A stretch of 64,000 nucleotides of DNA from Chrysomallon squamiferum (GCA_012295275.1 CM022669.1:12462001-12526000), one strand, 5' to 3'. Positions 13,256 through 28,632 are shown, counted from the first letter of the stretch. Notes: generated by a model from the letters alone, not told the origin. Numbers and translations are program-made.

Positions 13256-14350
13256 ATGACAGTATTCAAACTACATCAAGCAGTGATTATAACTTTCATC
13301 ATCACGTTCACCATCACTGCCGAATCCACCAATAAGAATAAAGAAAAATCATGGCCTGAATCCTACATATCATCATCTCGTGGACATTATCCTAACCTCT
13401 TCTGTCGCATTAGTAAAGTTATTTTAGATGCCAAAAACAAAGTTTTCAAATACAAAAAGACAAATGATGAAAATGCTCTGAAAAATACCTGTCATTTCTC
13501 TGAAGACATTTGGCCTTTTGAGAATGTTTGGTTAAAAAATAATAATATGTCTGCTCCTGTCTGCAACTTGGAGTTTGATTCAGGATATATTTTTACAATG
13601 TACTATTTCTATGGAAGCAACTATTTCCATCTTCATTATGACATGTTGATGCCTGTTTATTCTGCTGTTTATCATACACAGTTCAAACAGACAGAGAACA
13701 TTGTATTTATGCCTTCTGTTGAATCTAAAAGACTACAGGTGTGTTAATGAATACTTTATGAATATTTCTTTAAGACTTCAAGTATTTTATAAACAGTAGA
13801 AATATGATTATCGTAAACTGGATTAGAAAGGATTTACCATATTATTATTTTTAAGACTCTGAGATTTTTGATTTTTTGAAAGAATTAAAGTTTTATTATC
13901 AGTATTATTGAACAAATAATTTTTCATTTCTATTTGCATTATCAGTTGAATAATATTATATTGTTGTCTGTGTTTGTGTGACAGACAGACAGACAGACAC
14001 ACACACATTCTAATAGAAGTAAAGTTTTAACATTAGAAAGGTATCAGGAGTCATGTATTTAATATATAAACTTTTCTGTATTTCTAATAGTAATAGTTAA
14101 ACATTTGTAATTTTATTATTTCTAGATGATTACCTGGGATACTGAAGCATTTAATAAACCTTCGTACTGGATGGACATGCTTGAGGTTTGGTATCAAAAT
14201 TTTCATTAACTAATATTTTAAGTAATTTAAATATTACAAATTATGAATTTCTGAAAACATATTTAAAGAAATATCATCTTTACAGTATATTAATATTTAA
14301 TAAATATTATTTCAGAAACATATTATTTAAAATAATAATAATAATAATTC

Positions 14351-14415
<65 letters not shown>

Positions 14416-15988
14416 CTAAATAAATAAAAATAAATACCAGTAAGAATGAAATAAGTAACAATAAATAAATAGGAAAACAGTGACTAATATTTATAGTTTT
14501 TAAATTACTTCTGATTTTGTTTTCCTAGGTTTTGTCTGGATCACAGACACTGATGCCTCTAGATTCCAACCTGGCATCACAAGGCAAAACTATCTGTTTG
14601 AAATCAGCATATTTTGGGGTTTGTATTGCTAAACATACTGCATTATCTTAACATAAAACAGAATTAAAAATTATTTATCCAGTTAATAGATTTAAATTCT
14701 GCTATTAGATTTTAAAATAATTTCCATTATAATGCATCTATTTATACTTTTTATAGGTTAAATAGTAATTGTTGTTAATCCAGTATTATTTTAGTTTTTC
14801 TTTTTATAATCAAAGGTTTTAACAGATGTAATTTTGTTTTGTGAAGATCATTTAGACACATGGACATATTTTTGTGTGTGTGTGTGTGTGTGTACACATG
14901 TAGATTAATATATATTCCAAAATTATATCCATTAAAACTTTTGATTATGCAAAGAGAAATTCAAAAATACTTATACGTCAGATATTATTAATTAAATAAA
15001 ACTTTTTTCTTGCCAAACAAAAATATAAATAACACCTGCTGTTAAGTATGTTCAAACAGTTAGAAATACTTACAGAAATAATGTATTTTATAATTTCAGA
15101 CACCATCCATAAATATTGAAAATAGACAGTTTATTAATTCCTATATAAAATTTATCAAAACTCGACTCAAAGTGCCACATAACAGAATAAACTCAACAAT
15201 GATTGGTATAATTTCAAGGTAAAGTGTATATCTGTAGATCCAGTCAAAGAACAAATGAATAAATGAATGAGTAAATAAAAAAAAAATAAAAATAAATAGA
15301 TTTTTACTTATACTTTGAATAATTTATAATTTAGTTAAATTATATTCAAACAACAGAAACTTTATTCAGCCACACCATGAATTAATTACATATCTTTTGA
15401 CACTGATCATTTATACATGAACAAAAATAGATTTTCAGTTATGGAACTTAGCAAATGCTCTTGCAGACAGTTTCTTTTATATTATTTTTAGGGCAAAAAA
15501 AATGTTACGACTGAGATCTAATATTAAATGATATTGACCACTGTGTATTTAACTAATTTACTTTAGACATACAAAATGTTATTCCTTTTTATTTTTTTCA
15601 GATCCAACAGAAGAAGGATTCTCAATGAAAATGATTTATTAGAAGCAGTTTCAAAATTTGCTCCAGTGGAAATGGTAGAGTTTGCTGGACAAAGTTTCAG
15701 GCATCAGGTAAATGTTTTCTCAGGTTTGTAAACTAAATGAATCAACTGAATTTCTTTATTTACTCTATTTTGACATTTTAATTTATGTTAAAGTGTTCAT
15801 TTTTGCCATATGAATAAAGAGTCTTATAAACTTCTTTATATTTCAAAATTTTACAGTTTATTGTTTTATGCAACAAATATGCCAATAATAAAAAAAAAAA
15901 AAATGTTCAAATTGTTAAAACAATATTCAGTTTCAATGTGTTAATCTATCATTTATTAATTAGATTATTATTATTGTTATTTTTATTA

Positions 15989-16040
<52 letters not shown>

Positions 16041-16386
16041 TACTTTTCAGGTTCAAAGTGTTCAGAAATACTCAGTTTTAGTAGGAGTGAATGGAGCTGG
16101 TCTCACTAACGCAATGTTTTTACCTCCTGGTGCTGTGGCTGTTCAGCTTGTTCCATACAATGCCACAGTGAACTACAAAACGTTTCAACAGATTCTGCAG
16201 AGCCGAGGCCCCTATCTTGAGTGGCACAACAAACATGCCCGCCTGACCCACGAGTCCCCACATGACATGTACAGAAGTTCTCCTGACACCACTGTACATG
16301 TCGAAGAATTTGTTAGTCTGATGAAACAGGCGCTGTCTCTCGTAAACAGCAACAGACATACGTATGATAGAAAAACTGAACTGTGA
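13256..16386 (+). CDS. Glycosyltransferase family 61 protein (EOGT/POMGNT2-like), secretory pathway, ~397 aa
   Basis: Exons 13256-13738, 14126-14185, 14529-14618, 15100-15218, 15602-15707 and 16051-16386 total 1194 nt in phase. N-terminal hydrophobic signal/anchor. GT61 motifs NYFHLHYD, ICLKSAYFG, IISRSNRRRILNENDL and FRHQVQSVQKYSVLVGVNGAGLTNAMFLPPGAVAVQLVP. C-terminus RKTEL. Confidence 0.88.
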
Positions 16387-19167
16387 CCTGGATAGAGGAT
16401 TATTTATTTATTTATTTATTTATTTAAGGATATTGACGTTTTATTAATTTATTATATGCTTTTTGGTTTTTCTCTTGTCGTTTGTGATTCTGTTGGTGCT
16501 AATAACATTAATAAAATTGATAAACATTCTGGAAAATTTATTACTTTATTTTAATATTAAAATTTTATTTGAATTCATTGTTGTTATTTTTTTTTTTTAA
16601 ATTGTGATTTTGTGTTTTTTTTTTATAAAGTTATGCCCTTTAGCAAATAATGCAAACGTGTGGCTGTTTGGTTAAAAAATATCGACTAAATTATCTAAAC
16701 AATTATGAGAGAGAGTAGCTCTGTGACTAGATACCCAGCTTGGTTTCCAGAATCGGTTCTTGTCAATATGTCAGCTACTTTCTTGTCAAATGACCAGCAC
16801 AGCTTTATCACATGAAAATCTTGGAAGATTCTTAAAAATATCAGTAATATTAAGTGTCTCGTCTTATTATTCTTCTTCTTATTATTACTATTATACACAA
16901 TCATTAAAATATATTTTGGCATCATAAAATAAACATTTAATTCATCCATTAATTTTGATCTGTGTGTAAGTATGTACTCCAAAATTATTATCATCAGTTG
17001 CAAATGATTTTTTTCTCATATATTTATGACATTCCAGAAAGCCAGTGTGTGCCTTGTATATAAAAACATTTGTTTTGAAATCAGAACAGAACAAACATAA
17101 CATTATCAACAATCTAAATATATTTACAAATAAAGATACACTGAAACAGTTTTGGAAAACATCTGGTATGGTAGACTTTGGAAACAAAATACTTTTTGTT
17201 AATCTTCAGATATTCATGTGTGTGTTTCTTTGCAATCAATGCCATCATGATATACAAAAAATTCTAATTCAAATAAAATGCTGTATAATAACAATAGTGC
17301 AAGTTAATAAACAGGAAGATACAAAAATATTATAGTTATTATATTTTTTCAAAATTTAAATTATTTTATCATTATACAGCAGCATAGTGATTAGTATAAC
17401 TTTATTACATGTCAGTTAAACATGGGTTGATAAAATAAGTATCGTGTTATTTTGAAAACTGTTGTTAATTCACTGATAAATAATAAATCAGTAAAATTAT
17501 AATGTAAAAATAACTTTTTCTGAGGCAGAAATGTGTAAAGATATTTAAAAAAATAAATGACTCTCTTTGAAAATGACTAGTTATACAAATGAAATAATCT
17601 TGTAGAAAATATTTTGTAAAACTTCTCTCTTGATTCCATTACCAATGAATGTGCTGTTCTGTAAAGTATTACATAAATAATTCTGTGTAGGTAGTGTCAG
17701 AAAATTCCATTCTGCCCCTCACAAATAAAAAAATAAAAATAAAAATTAAATTAAATAAATAATAAATAAATAATAAATAAACAAATAAATAAATACAAAT
17801 AATAAAAAATAAATGTCGAAGAAAAAATTTATCCCACATCATTAATTTTAATTTCAGTTTACATAAAAGTTACTTTATAATTAAATGAATATACAACTGA
17901 AAGATAAAAATGATAATTCCTGGAAAAAACCCAAAAGGCATTAGTAATTTATGCTAATGATTAATATATCCATAATTTTTTCCTGAAAGTAGAGAAAAAG
18001 AAAAGAAATCTGAACAAATAGTTTTTTGTTGTTGTTGTTGCTTTTTTTTGTTTGTTGTTTTTTTACATGACACATTTAAAATTTTCAAAATGCAACAAAA
18101 GTAAATACAACGTAATTCTGAACATAAAGAAAATAAATTTCAATTTTACTTGTACGTGAGATGGCTTTTTTTTTTTTTTCAGACTAAAGAGCATTATACA
18201 ATCAATACATCTGAAAAAGATTAAATAAATAAGAAAATCTGTGTTAAAAAAACAGATAAACAGATATAAAAAGATTAACAAAATAAAAAGTGGATCTGTT
18301 CCAATAGAAAATACACGTTTTTACCTTAAAACAACAACAAACAAAAATTATATTATAGTAGAAGTAATAAATTAATAGTATAATAAAAGGAAATGTATAA
18401 ATCTGAAAGGTTAAACCCAAACCTAAAGTGATTAATATGCAAAGTAAATAAATATCATTATCAGTATAGAAAGATACACAAAAATACTAAGAGGACAGAC
18501 ATGTGGACTGGAAAAAATAAAATAAAATAAATAAATAAATAAAAAGTAAAAACATAAACTAAAAAGTGTTAATTACAATATTTTGTTTCTCCAGGTACCA
18601 GAGTAAATGTGCATGTAAAGTGAGGTAATTATTTGATTACATTTTTACAAATTCTCAATTCCTATACATCTGATTTAAATCTACTTTATACTGCTGCTAA
18701 TGTAATAATTTAAAGTTAATTTACAAATTATGAACATATTTATTTTAACAGCAATTACTCCTTTTAAACTTTAAATAATGGCAGTAGGAAATGCAGTTAA
18801 GTATATATCATAAAAAGTGACGAAATTAGTATTGTACTTTATTGTTACACCTTTTACAAATTTTCAGCCTTATATTTATTTCTTTTAAACCTTAATGTGA
18901 GTCCTCTTTCTCTTGACTGAACGACGAGGAAAGACAGAATACCACCCATAACAAACAAGCTTGTACAGAATGCAATTGATTGTACCTTATTTTACAAAAC
19001 GAATAAGACAGTATTATTAACTGTTGCTCATACAGCCTCATATATACTAACCATTAAGTCCCCATGATCCAGTTTTTTTGTTGTTTTGCCATTTATTTGT
19101 TAATCTGTTTTTTGATGTGAAAGAATATTTCGTTTTTGTCTCCCAGGAATTCAGAACACAGTAGATC

Positions 19168-20942
19168 TTACTTTGCTGTGAGAGCTGCATACCTTTGGTT
19201 GAGAGGATTTTCTGGAGATTTCATCCACTGTTTCTTAAGCTGTTGCTTGAGCTGAGACAATCTCATATTAGGATTTTCTTTTTTCAAAATGGGCAGGTTA
19301 ATTTCTTCAAACTTGGCATACGCAGCCTTCACGCGCTTTTCTGGATGTTTGTCCACAGCTGGGTCCTGGACACTGTTTGAAATGAATAAATAAAAATAAA
19401 TATTAAAGATGTTCAGTATTTTCAAACCTTTTTTTTTCGCTTAATTTGCATATATTTCCTCTATTACAGATTTGGAACCATTTATCAAAATGTGTGCTTT
19501 ATTAAAATATAAAAATTATTCTTTTCATCTGTCTGTAAAGTATGTAATAAAAACTAATAATGAAGACTAAATTAAGAACAAAAGCAAGGAAAATGTCAGC
19601 ATTCTCACGTAAGCAAGGAAATGGCTTCATCAACGTTCTGGGCAACTTCTCCATCCATAACCAAACGGTTGACATTTTCTTGCAGTGGTACTTCATCGTG
19701 CATCTGAGTGGCAGACTTCTCTGCTGTAATAACAAAAATAATATTAAGGATAATAACAACGACAACCATAGTAACAAAAGGTAACAGTAAAAGTAAACAT
19801 TGATGTTGTTGGTTTTTAAAAAAAAAAAAATTTCAATAATGCATCATTAATACATAGACAAGAAAGTTTAAAATAACTGCTTTGAGCACATTTTTTAATA
19901 AATTATTAATAACTTTCATCCATAAAAAAGAAAAGAAAAAAGAAACAAGAAGAGAAAAACAAAGAAAGAAGGCAGTCACTAGATACATTAAACAATGACT
20001 TAAATGTACCCTTCCTATACATGTTCCAAACTTGAAACCTGATCTATAGGTACTATTAACAACTTCTACAATACATGTAAATCATACTGACTACTGCATT
20101 CCAGAATACTTAATGTGACTGTAAAAATACAGTTTACTGTGTTTCCAGTATGTTAGATTTTTTTAATATTTTCATAAAATAATGTTTGATCAAAGAACAG
20201 ATGCCAAACCTGCAGATAAAGAATACAAAATGATCATCAGTATCAAATTTAATGAAATTTAGAAATACATCAGTTTTAAAAAATAAGACTTACCTAATTC
20301 TGCCTGCTGTCTTTCCTGGAGGGCATCAATTTCTGCTCTGGTGATCTTGTTGGATGTTTCTCTAGATTTGGCACTTTTCAGTGCACTCATCTCTTCATCG
20401 TGAAGTTTCTGCAGTTCTTTCTTCTTCTCCAGCTGCTCAATGCGTTTCTTTTCCCGTTCTTCCTGGATTATATAAAATACACAACATTTTAATGAACACT
20501 GGCCTCATTCAGATATTATCTTGAGATGTTTACTGTAAACCTTGAATTTATGATGATTCTGATCTGATTCATGTTTATTAATGTTCCATGATCTTTATTT
20601 TACTATATTTCATGGCAACTGTTTACATTTGTTTTTTAATAATAATAATAATAAATGTTCTCAAATAATAAGGTTATGGCAACAAAACAAAAAATCTAAT
20701 GGATACTAACTAACAAAGGTTTTTTTAAAATTATTATTATTTTATTATTTGCTTGCTTGTAAGATTTTAAACAATTCACATACTTTTCGTTGTTGTTTTC
20801 TGGCAACGTGTTTATCATCATCCACCCAGAGAGCATCTTCTTTTTCTTTCTGAATTCGTTCCTGTTCAGCAAGTCTTTGTGCTTCTTTCCTCGCTCTGGC
20901 CTCTACGGCCTTCGAGTTTTCTCCTTTGAATTTCTTAGGCAT
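19168..20942 (-). CDS. CCDC124: Coiled-coil domain-containing protein 124 (Lso2 homolog, ribosome hibernation factor), ~215 aa
   Basis: Exons 20942-20784, 20462-20294, 19723-19609 and 19372-19168 total 648 nt in phase. N-terminus MPKKFKGENSKAVEARARK; C-terminal DKHPEKRVKAAYAKFEEINLPILKKENPNMRLSQLKQQLKKQWMKSPENPLNQ. Confidence 0.96.
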
Positions 20943-21385
20943 TACTTATTATTAAGTCTAAAAAAATTAAAGACAACAAAAAAATTAGTTATTAAGACAT
21001 CTTTAATGTTAGTAAACTGCAAGATTACTTTCTAATATTCGGACATTGACAGGATTTTATTAAATTAACAATGCCAATATGGCAATAGTAATAATACAGT
21101 TTTTGTAATGTTTAATCTTACAAATTAATGAAATGAGCATAAGCAACATATTTATTCTTAATTATCAAAATTTTGATCATGACCGATTATGACACTGACA
21201 CTGTGACAGTGAACGAGTAATTGACAGTCAGAATTTAGGTGACCATAATCGTCCCTAAAATTGTACTTAAGTAATAGCACAGATTTATTGCATCAAACAG
21301 AATATGAAGACTCTACTCGAATAACGATAACATTATATGTTTGGATATAAATCTTAATCAGAAAAGAAAGCTACAATCTACATAC

Positions 21386-21420
21386 AATGTTTACAAGAAA
21401 CCGGAACCGGAAGCTTATCG
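21386..21420 (-). promoter_or_regulatory. Probable CCDC124 promoter / non-coding first exon with tandem ETS motifs
   Basis: Minus strand cttccggttccggtttcttgtaaacatt|gtatgt (donor). The acceptor ttttttag lies ~16 nt upstream of the CCDC124 ATG. The region is locally CpG-rich. Confidence 0.55.
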
Positions 21421-22329
21421 CCGAGATCGATGATGCGTTTAGCAATGAGAACTTTCACATACTTCGATTTTTTTTTTTTTTTTTTTTTTTTTTTGGTTAA
21501 CGACTATATCAGATTAAAATGAAGATGCCCTTTTTTGTGTGATAATTAATACAATTATTTAAAAAGTCTATGTTAATAAAGATGTGCATATACTATTAAT
21601 AATTTTTCTAACATATATTTTTAGTAAGGAAGGATATGGCTGATGAATCCCTAAACGACGGAAAATTGAAAGGACCCCATTTGATAAAATACCTACAAAG
21701 TGACTTACTTTAAAATTTTATATATTTTTGGCAAAGAAAAATTGTTCGAATTTTAATGCAAATAGTATAGTGTGCTTGATCTTCGTCTAAAAAGGAAATA
21801 TGACTGACGTTAGACCGTTTAATGTGGAAATAAATGTCCATGAAATTTGAAAAAGGTCACTTAGACAGATATACAGAATTAAAATATAAGAAGAATTTGA
21901 TTGTAAAAAGGATTATGGATTTTATTTTATTATAACAATTCAAAATATTCGAATTCGTGAGAATAAAATGTTAAAGAACTATTTGAAAATAAAAATAAAA
22001 TTAGAAGGGGAGCAACTCTTTCTAACATATTTATCCAAGTTAGGTAGGTTCGGAGTTGGAATGATTTTTCTTGTTAAAAAGAAATTCTTAGTACTATAAT
22101 TCCATAATTTGATTTCATTAATACTTGCAAGTTTTGTAACGTGTGTGTATATGTATATGTGTAATATTAAACTCTGATATACTACTGTACTTTGTTGTGC
22201 AAAACCATGTTGCTGAGTGATGCCATATATTAATATACATGTATATAAAAATATTGCATGAATAAACAGTATTTTCAAAAGTTCTTTTAAGGTTTTTTTT
22301 AAAGCAGCTATACAGAATAATTAAATAAG

Positions 22330-22438
22330 GTGTCATTTTTTTCCAAATCTGCAGTGCCATTTCTTCTGGGTGCCATTTTTTTTACAAGTGCTGTTTTTTT
22401 TGGTGCCATTTTTTCCAGTGCCACATTTTCCATACCCC
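22330..22438. mobile_element. Possible DNA-transposon terminus with subterminal tandem repeats (gtgccattttt(t)cc)n
   Basis: 5-6 copies of gtgccatttt.. end in cataccc. The architecture resembles Mutator/foldback-type ends, but no partner end was found. Confidence 0.4.
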
Positions 22439-22966
22439 ATATGAAGAGTGAGGAAAGTTATATGTATTTTATGTATTATATATTTTATTTTTAATTAACA
22501 TTGTGAGATCTTGTGTATGCACCTTCTAACAAACAAACAAAACATGTCTTTGATAAAAGTCATGGTGAAATAATGGTATGTATTTCCTTATCACTCATTC
22601 AATGATTATTTGAGGTATTTTATGCCCATGGGATACCAGAAGTGACAGAATGATGTTTATTTCCATACTACTCAATCAAATGATTATTTATGACTATAGC
22701 AATGAAAACTGGATCCTGCTAAATGTATTTCGAATTACCATTTTGATGAAAACTATTCCATTAGGTTTAAACTGATCTGTCTGGGTAAGTCTAATTAATG
22801 TTTTTAAAGTCTTATCAAATGATTAATCTTGATTTATTTTATTGAGTATGTTTTATCTTATTTTTTCATCTGGTACTGAATACCAAGAAAAAAGGTAAAA
22901 TCTGAAATAAATGCATAAATCTTGGACACTAAAATATTTTCACAAAACAAAGAAATGATGATGATG

Positions 22967-22998
<32 letters not shown>

Positions 22999-23654
22999 AA
23001 TACAAACTAGGAAGTAAAAATAATTTAAAAAAATATACATTAACCAACATATTTTAAGATTAAACTAATAATTTTTTAAAATTTATCTGTTCATGTGTCT
23101 TTATTTTATATAACTATTTAAAAATAAATAAATAAATAAATAATAAAATTATCTAGTTTTTGTCTTTCTTTCTTTTGATTTTGCATATTTTTTCTTTCTT
23201 TTTTTCTGTTTTCTTTACATCTAATGTTTTCAGACTTTGCACTTCCTTTTTTTTTTTCAATATACATTTTCTTAAAATACTTTAAGTACCAGGCAAACTC
23301 ACAAAGCTACAATTGTTGGAAAATACCTTTGAGAATGAACAGAAACAGTTAAAAGAAATTCTGAGATTAACATGCTCTGATTATTTGTAGCAAAGCATTA
23401 TCTGCAAATGCCACCCAAAGCACTTGCATTTTCAAGTGGCCTTTTCTTTTTCTTAACTTTTATTTTTTTTTTCTTCATCTTCAGACTTTTGAGAATCTCC
23501 AGAGCAGTTAGAACAGGATATTTATATTTCAAATTCCACCAGTTTGGTCAATTTCTCAAGAGCCTGAAGTGAGGAATTTTAATTGATTTAAAAATGCAGT
23601 TTATTTTTTTATTTTTTTTAAGACAAGAATGACTTTAGTGCTTTTAAATAATAT

Positions 23655-23777
23655 ATATTTGTTTTAATTACATGTATCAGTTTATACAGAAAGAAGAAAA
23701 AATTGTGGAAAAGAAAAAGACACATGACAAAATAGTAATGGAAACATTAAAATACAATTTAAACAGAAGCCCCCTCC

Positions 23778-23820
<43 letters not shown>

Positions 23821-23881
23821 AAGATATGAAATACAAAATAATATAATAATAATAAAAAAAAAAAAAAAAAATAAAATAAAA

Positions 23882-23918
<37 letters not shown>

Positions 23919-24740
23919 CAATTTTAAAAAGTTCTGTAGAAAAACTGACATAAAACTATTTCATTTAAAAAAAAGAAGTATGTATGTGTGTGTGTGTGTG
24001 TGTTGTGTGTGATGACTAAGATTATTCAGTTTATTTTATTTATTTTTTAAATTTAATGTTTTTATTGATTACAATATTTCATTATTTATTTTTCCATTCA
24101 ACCACCTGACTGGTCTCCATTTCAGTTACAGCCTCTCAACTGATTTATACTATTTTTTTTTTTTTTTTTTTTTTTTTTTTATTTGTTGGCTTTGTTTGTT
24201 TTTTTTTTTTTTTTTTTTTAATTTTTTTTTAATTTTTTATTTATGGAAAAACAAAAATGAAAAATTCCTTATTGTGAACTGAATAAAGAAGTTGACACTG
24301 TCCTGCCATAATAAATTTAAAAGGAAAAAATAAATAGATAAGTAAATAAATAATAATAATAACAACAACAACAATAAATAAATAAATAAATAAATAAATA
24401 AATTAATTAATTAATTAATTAATGAATAAATAAATTTTGAAAAAAAAAAATCAATTTTAAAAAGGTTTGAAGAAAAACTGAAATAATTACATAAGTCTTA
24501 CATTTGTTTTAATTACATGGACTGGCTTATACAGAAAGAAGAAAAAATGAATTAAGAAAAGAATGCTTGACAAAACAGTAAAGGAAACATTAAAAATAGT
24601 TTGCTTGTTTGTTTTTTTGTTTGTGTTCTGTTTTTTTTTGTGTTTTTTTATTTATTCTTATTTTTTGAAAGGTAAATATGAAAAAATTTCTTATTGTGAA
24701 TTGAATTAAAAAGTTGACAATGTACTGTCATAAAAAAAAA
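23655..24740 (+). repeat. Locally duplicated and shuffled segments (A-B-C / B'-A'-C')
   Basis: A: ttgttttaattacatg...ggaaacattaaaata at ~23660 and ~24505. B: atcaattttaaaaag..gaaaaactga at ~23918 and ~24450. C: atgaaaaa..ttattgtgaa..gaa..aagttgaca..gt.ctg.cata at ~24258 and ~24678. Confidence 0.7.
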
Positions 24741-27700
24741 AAAGTAAAAAAAAAGTAAAAGTAAAACATTAATTAAATAATCATAAATAATAACTGATAA
24801 TTAGATAAATTAATTTAAAAAAATATATATAAAAATTTACTGAAATAATAAATAAATAAATAAAATTAAGGCTCAAATAAGGATTTCAGATAATAAAACA
24901 CGCTCTAGCAAATTTACATCAAGGAAAATGTATAGCCAACAAAACCACCAACAAAGAAAAAAACATAATTTAGAAGTAGATGCACATTTCATGTTTTTTA
25001 TCGCACAAACTAAAAGCACCTAGGAATGAAAGACATTGACAGATGTGTGTCTCATCAAAATGTTCTTTACTGGGGTGAATGTTCGTCACAGGGCAGTACC
25101 CTAAAACTAGAACATGTACGTAGTAACAGTAACTTCACTTTTAATTTATTTTCTTTCCAGTTCACTTTACTGCCAAGTACATTAACCTTTCATTTTAAAA
25201 AACAATTCATTAACATACACATCTCATCTACAACAATTTGTTCTTGTTGATAACCTTTTAGTACTGTTTCATCAACAGATGTATTTTTTTTGTGTTGTGA
25301 AAGTAAGTGTATTGTACGTAACAGACAGTATATAATTCTAAATAACTGACAAGCTGTTGTAAGATATAATGACATGTCTAGAAATGTTTGGACAGGTATT
25401 TAAATTTTTACCCTCATGAACAGTTAAAAGATAATCATGATATATAGGTTGTATATTCTTGGTTATGACCACAGTGGAATGATCTTAACTTCAGAAACAC
25501 TGTTGTGATGGATGTGTATTCGTGGAATATACTGTAAATTGGTGTATGTAAATTAGTCCTGATGTTATAATGACAGGTTTAAGATGTGTTATTACTGTCA
25601 GTCGACTGCTTTTAAGCTTTGTAGTTTGTACTTGAACATAAACTAGAACAAATTATCCCATCTTGTACAGCAATCTTTGTTGAGGTCAGAGGCTCAATAC
25701 ATAACAAACATGCTTGAGCACACAAACACACAATAAATTAAAGTCTTCTAATTTTTTTTTTAAATATTCCTGTCCCTTTAGAAAGGTGTACAGAATTCAA
25801 TTTTGCTAAAATAATCAAACTCACTGTTGGCAATAAAACCAAAGCAAATTTAATGGTTTTTATTTAATTACAAAACATAAAGACATGGAGCTTATTGGCC
25901 ATTGTCTGGAACATTGACACCAGTCCGATAAGGCATAAATCCTAAAATTCAAATATCATTAAAAGTCAGATGACATTCACTTTCCATTACCAGAAAAACT
26001 ACAAACATTTGTTAAAATAAAAAAATTAATAAAGAACATAACTACATTACATGTATATTACTTGTTCTCATTTTACACACACACACACACTAAATTAATT
26101 ATAACCTAGGATAACTGCAGCATAGACCTATGCTTTATTACAGTCATTTCAAAGGTGTGGGTCCCCTATAGATGGCTACAATATCAACATTGTGTCAGTG
26201 GGCATTTCTGAAGGGGCAACAGAGAAACTTCTTTCCAAGGCCTCCTATCTTTCATTCAAAGGAATTGGGGGGCACTGGAGATGAAGTGAACAGTAAACCA
26301 AATGAGTTTGAGGATCACTGTTATAAAGTAATGATCTTATACAAATCTCTAATAGGACCCAAACATTTTAGAAATACATCAAAGACAGATTTAAAAAATA
26401 AAAAACAAAAAATTAGACAAATTACATATAAATCATTGATAATTTAAAGTTTAGAACTATGACAAATTAATAATAGTACAATGTCAAGTTAAGTTATATC
26501 CTATATAAAATTAAAGTACAGAAATAATTTAAAATTATTTAAAGCAAATTATATTCTAGAAGCAAAAACAATTAATATGAGTCAGAAACTTTGAAACGGC
26601 TTTGATATAAGTTAGTAAATAAAACATTTCTTTATTTCTTTATTTATTTATTTTTATTTAGTTATCTTTTAATTTTTTTTTTAAAGATTTTTCTTCCACG
26701 TTTGATTTATGTAGGCTTAGCGAGTTTTTGCATTTTTGTGTTTTTAATCAACATTTATGCATAAACTAAGCAAATGATTTAAATGTTCTAGATAGGCAGT
26801 CAGGAGCTATGACATAATGTAGAGTTATGTAAACTATTTTTTTAATCTGCTTGATCTTCAATTTAATTAACAACACAAGCAGTAAAAATGTTTTCCAAAG
26901 TATGCTGTTCTTTAATTAACCATAGGTCAGAGATAAGATTGTGTCTTCTATTTGTGAATTTACAGCTATCTTTAAATGTATTGCGCAATTTACCATTTCC
27001 TCAAGTTGTACCGTAAAACACTGAAAAATTAAACCAGAATAAAGAAAAATTGTATAAATACATAGAAAGAGGAAAACTTTCTTACATAAATCTGAATAGT
27101 TACAGTTCTGCAATGAATGCATAAATAAATATATGGACAGACAGACAAATTTTGAAATCAACTGAAATAAATTAAGACAGATATATGGAAGTCATACAGA
27201 CATATATATAGAGAGAGAGAGACATACAGACAGAAAGATGAATGGATGGATATATATATGTATATATATATGTAAACAGGGAAAGAGTCAAACACAAAGC
27301 TAGAAAAACAGAGAAACAGAGAAAACAAATTGATAGATATAAATAGGACAGACATAGACAGACAGGTAAATAACAAATTTCCTCGAGAAGCCCTATTAAA
27401 ACTTTGCTGAATATAGACAGTTAGATAAATACTTACTGACTAAACATTTTAAAACCTGATTTACTAACCTAAAATACATAAATACTTAAGTGATAATAAA
27501 ACATTAAACACTATACGAAAATACTATTAACTAAATGTTTCAGATAACAAATATTATTGAGTAAACACTAGATCTGCTACTGATTAAACAGTCTAAAACA
27601 TAAATTTTTACACTAAACACGTAATTAAAACAATGTTGAAATACTATCAGCTGAATCTTAAATTCCAACAAGACACGAACATTGTTGAATCTGCAAAAGA

Positions 27701-27938
27701 TTGAAATGTCTACATAACAGTAATTACCTCTGCATTGCTTGTGGTTATTTATGACTAATTTTAAAATAATTTAATCCCTAACCCACAGTCAAAGGAATCA
27801 AATAAAAGCAAAGGTTTTAAGTCTTCTTTAAACTATCTCAGAATCTATACGTATATATTTCAGTTGTTCTTTTGTTGTTTTTTTCTTTTCTTTTGCTATT
27901 GTTGTTGTTGTTGTTGTTTTGGGGTTTTTTTCTTTTTC

Positions 27939-27970
<32 letters not shown>

Positions 27971-28559
27971 TTCAGTTTTCTTTTTTTGTTTTACTGTAAT
28001 TGTTTCCCCTTAAAATTCCCCATGTTCCTATCTTCTTCTACAACATACTATTTACAAAATATTCTATGTAGTGACATAATCATTACTAATTAAAGAAATA
28101 AAAATAAAATAAAACAAGAAGAAAACATTATTTAGCATGTGTGTTAAACAATTTGTGCTGCCAACGCATTTCTGTAGCTTTACTTAACATGCTGTTAACA
28201 AACTATTATTTTATTTTTTATTATTCATTAAGACGATATGCTGTTAAATAAACAGTCTGTTTAAAATAATTTGTTCTGATAATAAGGAAGATGTATTGCT
28301 TTGTTTATTCTGCTATTAACAAATAAGTTATTTCTTTTATCCTGCAGTCCTAAATAATATAAAAACTAAATCAAATTAACAGTTTTATTTCTCAACTCAC
28401 CGCTCTTGATAGTAGTAGATTCACACATTTTGTGTTTGTTGTTTGCCTACAAAAACTATACATCAAAACAAAAAATAGTTCATAAATAACAAAAAAAGTA
28501 TGTTTTAAATGAAAACAGAAAAAAGTAACTTCAAACAAAATTAAGACACGTGTGCACAT

Positions 28560-28611
<52 letters not shown>

Positions 28612-28632
28612 TCTAAAATCACAATAAACACA

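Noticed and set aside
21636-21700. Short plus-strand ORF start MADESLNDGKLKGPHLIKYLQ divergent from CCDC124
   Set aside because: The donor is weak and I could not find in-phase downstream exons or any recognisable domain.
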